The notes: generated from the letters alone by a model not told the origin. Shown: positions 20,549 through 27,524, counted from the first letter of the stretch. The stretch is DNA of 32,268 nucleotides from a virus (IMGVR_UViG_3300030330_000812:1-32268), one strand, 5' to 3'. Numbers and translations are program-made.

Positions 20549-20704
20549 ACTATATATAGTATGCCTATACATATCTAGATACTTACCTATTAGGTACAGC
20601 CAGTTACATAAATATACCTACCAGATATAGTATCCTTTACATTAAATACCACTATATGTAGTTAATTGATATACCTTTACTAGCTTATGGATACTATATA
20701 TAGA
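20549..20704. promoter_or_regulatory. Array of NrdR-box-like palindromes
   Basis: ACTATATATAGT (20549), ACCAGATATAGT (20620), ACTATATGTAGT (20651), ACTATATATAGA (20693) match the acaCwAtATaTwGtgt core. The last three are 31 and 42 bp apart. Confidence 0.6.
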
Positions 20705-20849
20705 TACGCAGTATCTTGTGTTAATCAGGCACAATACTCTCTGACCAGTAGAACGCCAGACCTGTGTCTATCTTTAATACTGGCGTGACCAAGCCGAGTC
20801 TAGTTTCATATCAACAGTTTCAATATATCTATACCTTCTGGGCTCCGCA

Positions 20850-20874
20850 CTATGCTTTTTTCGGGAAAGCATAG
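20850..20874. repeat. Hairpin family member 1 (9-bp stem, loop TTTCGGG)
   Basis: CTATGCTTT-TTTCGGG-AAAGCATAG upstream of the AAGGAG SD. Confidence 0.8.
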
Positions 20875-20901
20875 ATGCTTCCGCTACAAAGGAGATATAT
20901 T

Positions 20902-21156
20902 ATGAATACTGTTGATTATAAAGAAACTATCGACTGTGGCTTATGTCACGAGCCAGTAGATAAAGAAGATAGAGCTCAGGTCCAAGGGCGTTCCAAGACT
21001 GGTGCGATATATTATTGGCCTGCCTTCATACACCAAGATTGTATATATAATCGTGGTCGTATTTCTATCTATGAAGCTCATAGAAATAGTCGTACCTATA
21101 TAGCTAGGGCTAAAGCCAAGCTAGAAAAGGTAAATCAAATGGAATTAAAAATATGA
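20902..21156 (+). CDS. Small Zn-finger protein (CxxC...HxxC, 84 aa)
   Basis: AAGGAG SD favours ATG 20902 over 20875. CGLC and HQDC motifs. Confidence 0.75.
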   Translation: MNTVDYKETIDCGLCHEPVDKEDRAQVQGRSKTGAIYYWPAFIHQDCIYNRGRISIYEAHRNSRTYIARAKAKLEKVNQMELKI

Positions 21157-21311
21157 AAAATTATATTCAATCCACTTGGTTTTATTATTGGATATGGATT
21201 CCTATTGCTTGTGCTATTGAATCCAGAAGCAATCTATATCAAGTATATAGCGAGCTTTGGTTAATCAATAGCATCAAGCTAGGAAAATATAAGCAATGGT
21301 TAGGTGGATAA
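21153..21311 (+). CDS. Small Trp-rich hypothetical protein (52 aa); not in the ORF track
   Basis: ATGA overlap with the preceding gene. MKNYIQSTWFYYWIWIPIAC... Confidence 0.6.
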   Translation: MKNYIQSTWFYYWIWIPIACAIESRSNLYQVYSELWLINSIKLGKYKQWLGG

Positions 21312-21370
21312 TGACTTTATATATAAGTATGTTCTTTATCGGAGAACATACTTATATCTATGAAAGTCAT
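21311..21370. repeat. Hairpin family member 2 (perfect 15-bp stem, loop TTATCGG, plus outer stem)
   Basis: ATATAAGTATGTTCT (21321-35)/AGAACATACTTATAT (21343-57), with outer ATGACTTT/AAAGTCAT. Confidence 0.9.
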
Positions 21371-21408
21371 AGATATATTAGCTATATAGAAAGGAAATGT
21401 GATTACTT

Positions 21409-21702
21409 ATGGCTAAACCAATGAATCCAGTTGTATGTGGTATAACTGGCGAAACACTCACCGAGTGGAATCAAAGGACATTTGTCCAACGATATATCAA
21501 TGGTACGTTACAAACGCTACCATTGTATCTTGATATCGAAGCAGTCTTGGACTTGCATCGACAATCAGAAACATATATCGAAAAGAAAGCCAAAGAAAAT
21601 GCTTTCGTCAACGCTGGGAACGTTAGTGACCCAGAAGTTGAAGAGATGGCAGATGGCGATGCTATGAATGACGAATACGATAGTGACAACACTATTGATT
21701 AG
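21409..21702 (+). CDS. Hypothetical protein with acidic tail (97 aa)
   Basis: GAAAGGAAA SD. Asp/Glu-rich C-terminus. Confidence 0.8.
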   Translation: MAKPMNPVVCGITGETLTEWNQRTFVQRYINGTLQTLPLYLDIEAVLDLHRQSETYIEKKAKENAFVNAGNVSDPEVEEMADGDAMNDEYDSDNTID

Positions 21703-21725
21703 TTATTAATTAGTATTATAATTTA

Positions 21726-21762
21726 TGTATATACTGTCGTTTTTCGGACGACAGTATATACA
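21726..21762. repeat. Hairpin family member 3 (perfect 15-bp stem, loop TTTTCGG)
   Basis: TGTATATACTGTCGT-TTTTCGG-ACGACAGTATATACA. Confidence 0.9.
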
Positions 21763-21779
21763 ATACGAAAGGATAAACT

Positions 21780-21935
21780 ATGGAATATGCAACAATTGGC
21801 GTAGGATTTCTTACAATTCTGTTTGCGAAATTTGTATATGATTTACAAGCTAGATTAGATAAAGAACCACCAAAGACGCCATTACAATTACAAGCTGAAG
21901 AATATCAGAAAATTTTGCCACAGGTTTGGGAGTAA
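21780..21935 (+). CDS. Small membrane-anchored protein (51 aa); not in the ORF track
   Basis: GAAAGGA SD. Hydrophobic N-terminus MEYATIGVGFLTILFAKFVY. Confidence 0.7.
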   Translation: MEYATIGVGFLTILFAKFVYDLQARLDKEPPKTPLQLQAEEYQKILPQVWE

Positions 21936-21937
21936 AC

Positions 21938-22132
21938 ATGGGCGAGATGAAAAATTTAGTTGATACATTACAAAATGTAGAAAACGCATTTGAGGAATTA
22001 TCAAAGTTTGTAGTAGAAACAAGAACACGATTGGACGCTATAGAAAAACAAATAACTATGCTAGATGAATACCTAGTTAAAGCGCAAAGTAAATATATGC
22101 AGGAAGGAATACCAGGTGATTTACATGAGTGA
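21938..22132 (+). CDS. Small coiled-coil protein (64 aa)
   Basis: GGGAG SD before ATG 21938. Heptad pattern. Confidence 0.7.
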   Translation: MGEMKNLVDTLQNVENAFEELSKFVVETRTRLDAIEKQITMLDEYLVKAQSKYMQEGIPGDLHE

Positions 22133-22292
22133 TTTATCAGTAAATGAAGCTGATGGTATTGTTCTGATAGCTGAATTAGAAAAACGTTTTTCTTTCTATC
22201 CAGTAATCGTAACAAACGAAGATGGCGAACAAGAAATAAAAGCCATAATACCTTTAGTTAAAACTGTAATACAAACACCAGAGGAGGAATAA
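22125..22292 (+). CDS. Small hypothetical protein (55 aa, MSDLSVNEADGIVLIAELEKRF...); not in the ORF track
   Basis: AGGTG SD. Overlaps both neighbours. Confidence 0.7.
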   Translation: MSDLSVNEADGIVLIAELEKRFSFYPVIVTNEDGEQEIKAIIPLVKTVIQTPEEE

Positions 22293-22507
22293 TGCAAAAA
22301 CATGACGTCTATGAAATGGTTGACCAAACAGGTAAAAAAGATGAGAACTGTTTAACTGTTGATTTCTATTTCGAGTCAGATGTAACTAAAGACGAAGCTG
22401 TAAGTCAAATAGATTTACTAGCTATGTTAGCTGATAACAATGACAAATTTACTTTTTTTAGTCATAGAGCAGCTATATTTACTAAATCTAGATGGGCAGA
22501 TGAATAA
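22292..22507 (+). CDS. Hypothetical protein (71 aa)
   Basis: GAGGAGG SD and TAATG coupling. Confidence 0.75.
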   Translation: MQKHDVYEMVDQTGKKDENCLTVDFYFESDVTKDEAVSQIDLLAMLADNNDKFTFFSHRAAIFTKSRWADE

Positions 22508-22703
22508 ATTTAATACAGTCAAAACTTTATTAGATAATGATGTAGAGGTTTGTAAACATTTAACAAATATCGATGACATAAGAAAAATAATTGCAAGATT
22601 AAAAACAGATGAATTTAATTATTTAATTTATAGAAACATCTGTAATTGCAATTTAAGTAAAAGACAACATTTTTCATATGAGAAAGATTGGGCAAGTGAA
22701 TAG
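22500..22703 (+). CDS. Hypothetical protein (67 aa)
   Basis: ATG 22500 overlaps the previous gene end by 8 nt and is more plausible than 22440. Confidence 0.6.
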   Translation: MNKFNTVKTLLDNDVEVCKHLTNIDDIRKIIARLKTDEFNYLIYRNICNCNLSKRQHFSYEKDWASE

Positions 22704-22833
22704 TTATACTTGTTGGATTTGTGATGGTCAATTTCAAGGTTGGCCTAACAATGCAGAACCAATATCAGTTGGTGTATGCTGCGACCAATGTAACTACGAA
22801 TTTGTAATACCAGCACGATTTGGGGAATACTAA
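22696..22833 (+). CDS. Small Cys-rich Zn-finger protein (45 aa); not in the ORF track
   Basis: GTG start. CWIC...NNAEP...GVCCDQCN..VIPAR is a pattern common in small phage Zn-binding proteins. Confidence 0.75.
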   Translation: MNSYTCWICDGQFQGWPNNAEPISVGVCCDQCNYEFVIPARFGEY

Positions 22834-23064
22834 AATTTGCTACCTACAGCTAGCTTGTATAGACCATATGCTACAAATGTAGTGTCTGTAGGTAGCTTGT
22901 AGTACATAGGTTAAACTTGTGTATTACAAGCTACGCAAGTAGCAATTCATATACAACCGCCCTGTTGTATACGTACTAAGTAAAGAAGTAAGAGAGGTAG
23001 AGTTTTGAAATCTTTCACAATAATGCCTACCTTTCTTTACTTCTTTACGCAAAGTAAAGAAAGG
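22834..23064 (+). promoter_or_regulatory. Highly structured leader of the AAA/VWA operon, with alternative SD-sequestering helices
   Basis: Five or more stems, with G-U wobbles favouring plus-strand RNA. 23030-23042 can pair with either 22980-23000 or the SD region 23052-23064. Confidence 0.65.
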
Positions 23065-23070
23065 AATCAT

Positions 23071-23547
23071 ATGGATAAAAACAAAGGTATACCATCAGCA
23101 TTGGTACATGTACCTGCAAAAGAACAACAAGAATATGTTGTGCAAATGGCATTTGAACTACCAGATGTTGATAAAGAACATAAACTTACTGTTCATTTTG
23201 ATGACACACAAGGATATAGTTTTCATATTTATGCATCAAGTATTATGGAAGCTATTGATAGAGCTTGGCAAGTTCTTATGGTTATGAAAGCAGAACTGGT
23301 AACTGGTTATCCAGCTATCTTAGAAGAAATTGATGACGATGATATTACTTATCATTCGTTGCATTCATTTAGGGCATTTTTGCTTGATAAACATATCATA
23401 AAAAAATGGATGTTACTTGAGCCAATGAGCATGCAAGTATGCTTATTAAGTGACGAAGAAAAACTAAAAGACTTTACAGCAGATGTAGTTTATTCAGAAA
23501 TGAAAAATACTGTATCAGATGTAGAGGACTTTTTAAAAGATAAATAA
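23071..23547 (+). CDS. Hypothetical protein (158 aa), first gene of the AAA/VWA operon
   Basis: GAAAGGAA SD before ATG 23071. The TTG start at 23005 lies inside a hairpin. Confidence 0.75.
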   Translation: MDKNKGIPSALVHVPAKEQQEYVVQMAFELPDVDKEHKLTVHFDDTQGYSFHIYASSIMEAIDRAWQVLMVMKAELVTGYPAILEEIDDDDITYHSLHSFRAFLLDKHIIKKWMLLEPMSMQVCLLSDEEKLKDFTADVVYSEMKNTVSDVEDFLKDK

Positions 23548-23564
23548 TACAGAAAGGAGCTAAT

Positions 23565-24293
23565 ATGTCAACAAATTGTTGGGATTTAGTAGAATCTGTG
23601 TTAGGGCAATCTCGTAGAATACTGTTGTACGGACCGCCTGGCACAGGCAAAACATACGCTGCAGTTAAAACTAATACGCCTACTGCGTTTAGTAAATCAG
23701 CAGGAAAAGAAATAGATAATATCTATCAAATCACTATGACAGAAGATACTGCTAGTGCAAATTTAGAAGGTTTTTACAGACCTAGTAGCACTGGTATGTT
23801 TGAATGGCATGATGGTATTGCAATACAGTCATGGAAAAATGGTGGTCGTTTGGTTATCAATGAGATAGACCATGCTTCACCAGACGCTATGACATTCTTA
23901 CATGCAATACTAGATGACCAGGATATTGCTATGCTAACACTGAATAATGACAAGAAAGAGACTGTAAAACCTAAAGATGGTTTTCAAGTAGTTGCTACTA
24001 CAAACAGTCCACCTGAATCATTACCACTAGCATTGAAAGACAGATTTCCTGTCAAGATACATGTTGATACGATACATCCAAAAGCCATGGAAGGTTTTCC
24101 AGAAAAATGGTGGCAAACAATCAATGATACTTCTCTAGTAGAAGATGCTGAGGAACGTATATCTATCAGAGCATGGCGTGAGTTCTTTGATTTACAAGAG
24201 AAAGGCTTCAGCGAAGAAGAAGCTGGCAAGCTTATATTTGCTGATAAAGCTGAAGAACTTGTAGATGCAATCACACTTGCAGCCAGTGAGTAA
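23565..24293 (+). CDS. MoxR/CobS/dynein-related (AAA_5) AAA+ ATPase (242 aa)
   Basis: Walker A GPPGTGKT, Walker B variant LVINEID, WHDG, sensor-1 VATTN, Arg finger ALKDRF. Confidence 0.9.
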   Translation: MSTNCWDLVESVLGQSRRILLYGPPGTGKTYAAVKTNTPTAFSKSAGKEIDNIYQITMTEDTASANLEGFYRPSSTGMFEWHDGIAIQSWKNGGRLVINEIDHASPDAMTFLHAILDDQDIAMLTLNNDKKETVKPKDGFQVVATTNSPPESLPLALKDRFPVKIHVDTIHPKAMEGFPEKWWQTINDTSLVEDAEERISIRAWREFFDLQEKGFSEEEAGKLIFADKAEELVDAITLAASE

Positions 24294-25710
24294 GGCATAT
24301 CCATACCCAGAAGTAGTTACAGGTGAGGCATGGACTGTACATGGTACACCAGATAACAAGCTAAATGGTACTACAGACAATCTAAACAAGGTAATGACTG
24401 TACCATTGAATCGTGAATGCGAAAACTGTGGTATTAATCATGCTAGACAAATACGTAGACATGAGCTAGGTCATGCTAAATGGTCACCTAAAACTATGGG
24501 TAAACTTAAACCAGGTGTACGTCCAGAGGCAATACATTTGCTAGAGGAGGTACGTATTAATAAATTACTATTTGAAGCTGGATTAGGTACAACTGATTGG
24601 ATGGTATGTGAAGAACTTGTTCGTGCTAGAACTAGACAACTAATTGAAAAAGGTAGTATTGCTGAATTGATTATGTATGGTTTGGCAGCTTATTCTTTAT
24701 CACTTAATCCAGACCAAAACAAAAGTTATTATAATTCAGTACCAGGTCGTGAATACAAAGTATTTACAGATGCAATGGCAGATGCAATGAATGAAACAGA
24801 ATTTACTACATTGCGTAGAGCAGATATTAAATATGCTCGAAGTGTTGTAGTTGCATATGTAACTAGACTTGTAGAAGGATATTATAGATTTGGTAATATT
24901 TCGTTCAGACGAGTACAAAAACTTGCTGAACCATTATCAGATATTCTAAATATGTTTCTTGATAGACCAGATGAACAAGAAATATTTGAATCAGATGATA
25001 TTGATGGCGAAGGTGAATCAGAAAATCAAGATGGTGAATCAGTAGAAGAAGGTGGAATAGGTGATGGTGACCTAGAAAAACGTATGCGTAGAGCATTAGC
25101 TGAAAGAATGACATACAGCACTACTACTGAAATGGGTTATTGGGGTGATATGACTATAGTAAGACCACCATTGCCAGTTAATCTAACAGCAAGACTTAAA
25201 GCTGGTAGAGCTTACAGACCTGCTGATTTTGGTTACAATCCTAAATATATCAACAGATTTTGTATTGACAAAAAGATATTCAAACAAAAACAAACAGTAC
25301 TAGGCGGTACTATTTTGATTGATGCATCTGGTTCAATGTCATTTGATGGTAAAGATATACTTGATATATTGCAGCTTTTACCTGCAGCAACTATTGCAAT
25401 GTATAATGGCTATGGAAATTCAGGTTGTTTACGTATTATTGCAAAAGCTGGACATAGGGTACATGAAGACTATCTAGATTCACATACAGGTTCAGGTAAT
25501 GTAGTAGATGGTCCAGCCTTAGATTGGTTATCAACAATGCCACCTAGAAGAATATGGGTATCTGACATGCATGTATTTGGTGGTAGTGGTTCTACAAATG
25601 GTTACAATTTACTCAAATATTGTTATGACATGGTTACTAAACACAGAATTATTAACCTTAAAAACATAGAAGAAGTTAAGGAACATGCAATAAAATTAAA
25701 TATGATATAG
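24286..25710 (+). CDS. HExxH metallopeptidase-like plus VWA domain protein (CobT/DUF2201-like architecture)
   Basis: RHELGH plus downstream LEEVRIN, an acidic linker, MIDAS ILIDASGS and WVSD. Start is GTG 24286 or ATG 24265. Confidence 0.85.
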   Translation: MSKAYPYPEVVTGEAWTVHGTPDNKLNGTTDNLNKVMTVPLNRECENCGINHARQIRRHELGHAKWSPKTMGKLKPGVRPEAIHLLEEVRINKLLFEAGLGTTDWMVCEELVRARTRQLIEKGSIAELIMYGLAAYSLSLNPDQNKSYYNSVPGREYKVFTDAMADAMNETEFTTLRRADIKYARSVVVAYVTRLVEGYYRFGNISFRRVQKLAEPLSDILNMFLDRPDEQEIFESDDIDGEGESENQDGESVEEGGIGDGDLEKRMRRALAERMTYSTTTEMGYWGDMTIVRPPLPVNLTARLKAGRAYRPADFGYNPKYINRFCIDKKIFKQKQTVLGGTILIDASGSMSFDGKDILDILQLLPAATIAMYNGYGNSGCLRIIAKAGHRVHEDYLDSHTGSGNVVDGPALDWLSTMPPRRIWVSDMHVFGGSGSTNGYNLLKYCYDMVTKHRIINLKNIEEVKEHAIKLNMI

Positions 25711-25711
25711 T
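25703..25711 (+). promoter_or_regulatory. Extended -10 element for the candidate sRNA
   Basis: TGaTATAGT. The expected start, about 7 nt downstream, coincides with the first base of a stem at 25718. Confidence 0.45.
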
Positions 25712-25717
25712 AAGGAA

Positions 25718-25935
25718 GTGATATTGTATGCAAATACAACAAAGTTTCCTTTCCTTTGGATATCGCAAGAAGTAGTTTAGGTAGAATAGAGTGCAAAGAG
25801 AGTTTGCAACAAGGTATTTTATTCATCATGTCAACAGTGACCTATAGTGAACACTACCTAAACTATCATCATTCATAGCTACTACAGCTCCCGCCTATCG
25901 TGTCTTCGCTCCCTAGAACCTAGTCGCTGTGACAC
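25718..25935 (+). ncRNA. Candidate multi-domain sRNA with an anti-SD loop
   Basis: Three-way junction 25718-25766 with a GCAA tetraloop and loop UUUCCUUUC. A 12-bp stem 25773-84/25854-65 encloses small hairpins. GTGTC/GACAC forms a third domain. Confidence 0.55.
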
Positions 25936-25973
25936 TCTACGGCTCAAGCTTACGTTGCTATTCATTTAAATCA

Positions 25974-26001
25974 TTGACATATATAAAAATGAATATAAAA
26001 T
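25974..26001 (+). promoter_or_regulatory. Sigma70-type promoter, probably producing a leaderless mRNA
   Basis: TTGACA-16 nt-TAAAAT, with ATG at 26009 only 7 nt downstream and no SD. Confidence 0.7.
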
Positions 26002-26008
26002 GAAAAGT

Positions 26009-26251
26009 ATGAAAGATGTAGAAAGCTTATTGAAAGAAGCAGAAAACGGAAAAAAATCTGCTACTTTTGATAGAATCACAGAAGAAGCTATGCCTTTCTG
26101 GCAGGGATGTATCGACCGCGTTAAATCTGGTCACAAATTAAAACCATATGTAGTTCATAGGTTATTACGTGAGCAATATGATATAAAAATAAGTGAATCA
26201 GCAATACGCAAATATTTTACGGACTTGATAGAAACGCATGGCAAAAAATAG
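26009..26251 (+). CDS. Small helical, probably HTH-like protein (80 aa)
   Basis: VHRLLREQYDIKISESAIRKY resembles an HTH. Paired with the metallophosphoesterase gene. Confidence 0.65.
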   Translation: MKDVESLLKEAENGKKSATFDRITEEAMPFWQGCIDRVKSGHKLKPYVVHRLLREQYDIKISESAIRKYFTDLIETHGKK

Positions 26252-27302
26252 TAAAGAAGTAGATAAGCTTATTGCAGAAGCTGAATCTATCATAATACAA
26301 GAACTAAAAGCAGATAATCTTAGATTGCTTAAACAAGTAGATAAGCTTAAAAATAAAAAAGCTGATTTAATTGAAGCAATGTTTGATGCAGTCAGAATGA
26401 ATTTAGCTACATGGGCTAAACCTAAAATACCTATTCCTACTTTAAGTAAAAAAAATAAAAACGAAGAAGTAGCAGTAGCAATATTATCTGACATACAATT
26501 AGCTAAAGTAACACCTGATTATAACAGTGATGTAGCGGAAGAACGTGTCGTAGCATATGCACATAAGATAGTGGAACTTACTAATCTGCAACGTAATGCA
26601 CACCCAGTAAACAAGTGTGCTGTATTGGTTGCAGGTGATATAGTAGAAGGAGAGCTTATATTTCCTGGTCAATCACATTTGATTGATGCTAGTTTATACA
26701 AACAAGTAACAATTGATGGACCAAGGATATTAACACAGTTTTTTGACATATTATTGGCTAATTTTAAAGAAGTAGAAGTTACATGGGTAATTGGTAATCA
26801 TGGTTCACTTGGTGGAAGAGCACGTAAAGACTACCATCCAGATAGCAATAGTGACAGAATGCTAGGTAAAATTATGCAAATGGTGTATGAAAAAGATAAA
26901 AGAATATCATTTCATGTACCAGACAGTACGACAGAAGACCATTGGTATGCTATTGCAAACCTTGGTAAAGGCTGCAAATTCTTCGTATGGCATGGTGATA
27001 ACGTTAGAGGACATTCGGGATTCCCATGGTATGGCTTTGGTAAGAAGCTGTTAGGATGGAAAGCATTAGCATCAAGAGAGTTAATGCCTGATTTTGACTA
27101 TGCTATAGCTGGACACTTCCATACACCTACAACAATGTACGTAAATGACGTACGTTTATGGGTAAATGGCAGCACAGAAAGCTATAACAGTTATGCAATG
27201 GAACAGTTAGCAAGCATGGGTAGACCATGTCAATGGCTATTATTCTGTAAACCAGGGCATGGTGTAACTGCTGAATACCTTGTAAAGCTAGATAAAGTGT
27301 AG
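26238..27302 (+). CDS. Calcineurin-like metallophosphoesterase/nuclease with N-terminal coiled coil (354 aa)
   Basis: Motifs SDIQ, GDIVEG, GNHG, WHGD and GHFH. Confidence 0.88.
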   Translation: MAKNSKEVDKLIAEAESIIIQELKADNLRLLKQVDKLKNKKADLIEAMFDAVRMNLATWAKPKIPIPTLSKKNKNEEVAVAILSDIQLAKVTPDYNSDVAEERVVAYAHKIVELTNLQRNAHPVNKCAVLVAGDIVEGELIFPGQSHLIDASLYKQVTIDGPRILTQFFDILLANFKEVEVTWVIGNHGSLGGRARKDYHPDSNSDRMLGKIMQMVYEKDKRISFHVPDSTTEDHWYAIANLGKGCKFFVWHGDNVRGHSGFPWYGFGKKLLGWKALASRELMPDFDYAIAGHFHTPTTMYVNDVRLWVNGSTESYNSYAMEQLASMGRPCQWLLFCKPGHGVTAEYLVKLDKV

Positions 27303-27304
27303 GT

Positions 27305-27320
27305 ATACTATATATAGTAT
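27305..27320. promoter_or_regulatory. Perfect 16-bp palindrome (NrdR-box-like) overlapping a -10 element and start codon
   Basis: ATACTATATATAGTAT. TACTAT at 27306-11 lies 7 nt before ATG 27319. Confidence 0.55.
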
Positions 27321-27468
27321 GGATATAAAAGAAAATTCTCCAAGAATAGTATCTGTTGAATACGCTGGAGTAGGTAGTAAACCTTATTTTGTTGTTAACA
27401 ATAACAATGAAATTAAATTTATACCTATAGAACCAGGAGTTACTATGCTTAGAGATGTAATTAAATAG
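27319..27468 (+). CDS. Small hypothetical protein (49 aa, MDIKENSPRIVSVEYAG...), probably leaderless; not in the ORF track
   Basis: The open frame fills the gap. No SD. Confidence 0.65.
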   Translation: MDIKENSPRIVSVEYAGVGSKPYFVVNNNNEIKFIPIEPGVTMLRDVIK

Positions 27469-27469
27469 C

Positions 27470-27506
27470 TTATATTTTTTCTTTTTTTCGCAAAGAAAAA
27501 ATATAA
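27470..27506. repeat. Hairpin family member 4 (perfect 15-bp stem, loop TTTTCGC)
   Basis: TTATATTTTTTCTTT-TTTTCGC-AAAGAAAAAATATAA, followed by the GAAAGGAAG SD. Confidence 0.9.
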
Positions 27507-27524
27507 TTATTGAAAGGAAGTTAT

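Noticed and set aside
20480-20800. CRISPR array or iteron set in the repeat-rich intergenic region
   Set aside because: The repeats are short degenerate palindromes with non-uniform spacing and no repeat-spacer periodicity.
20875-23070. ORF-track starts at 20875, 21926, 22440 and 23005
   Set aside because: Downstream ATGs (20902, 21938, 22500, 23071) have better SD or coupling, and some upstream starts fall in or beside hairpins.
23565-25710. Cobaltochelatase CobS/CobT as auxiliary metabolic genes
   Set aside because: There is no CobN or other cobalamin gene. The motifs support only a generic MoxR AAA+/VWA pair.
27470-27506. Intrinsic terminator call for this hairpin and its relatives
   Set aside because: The stems are long and AT-rich, lack a following U-tract and sit directly before RBSs.
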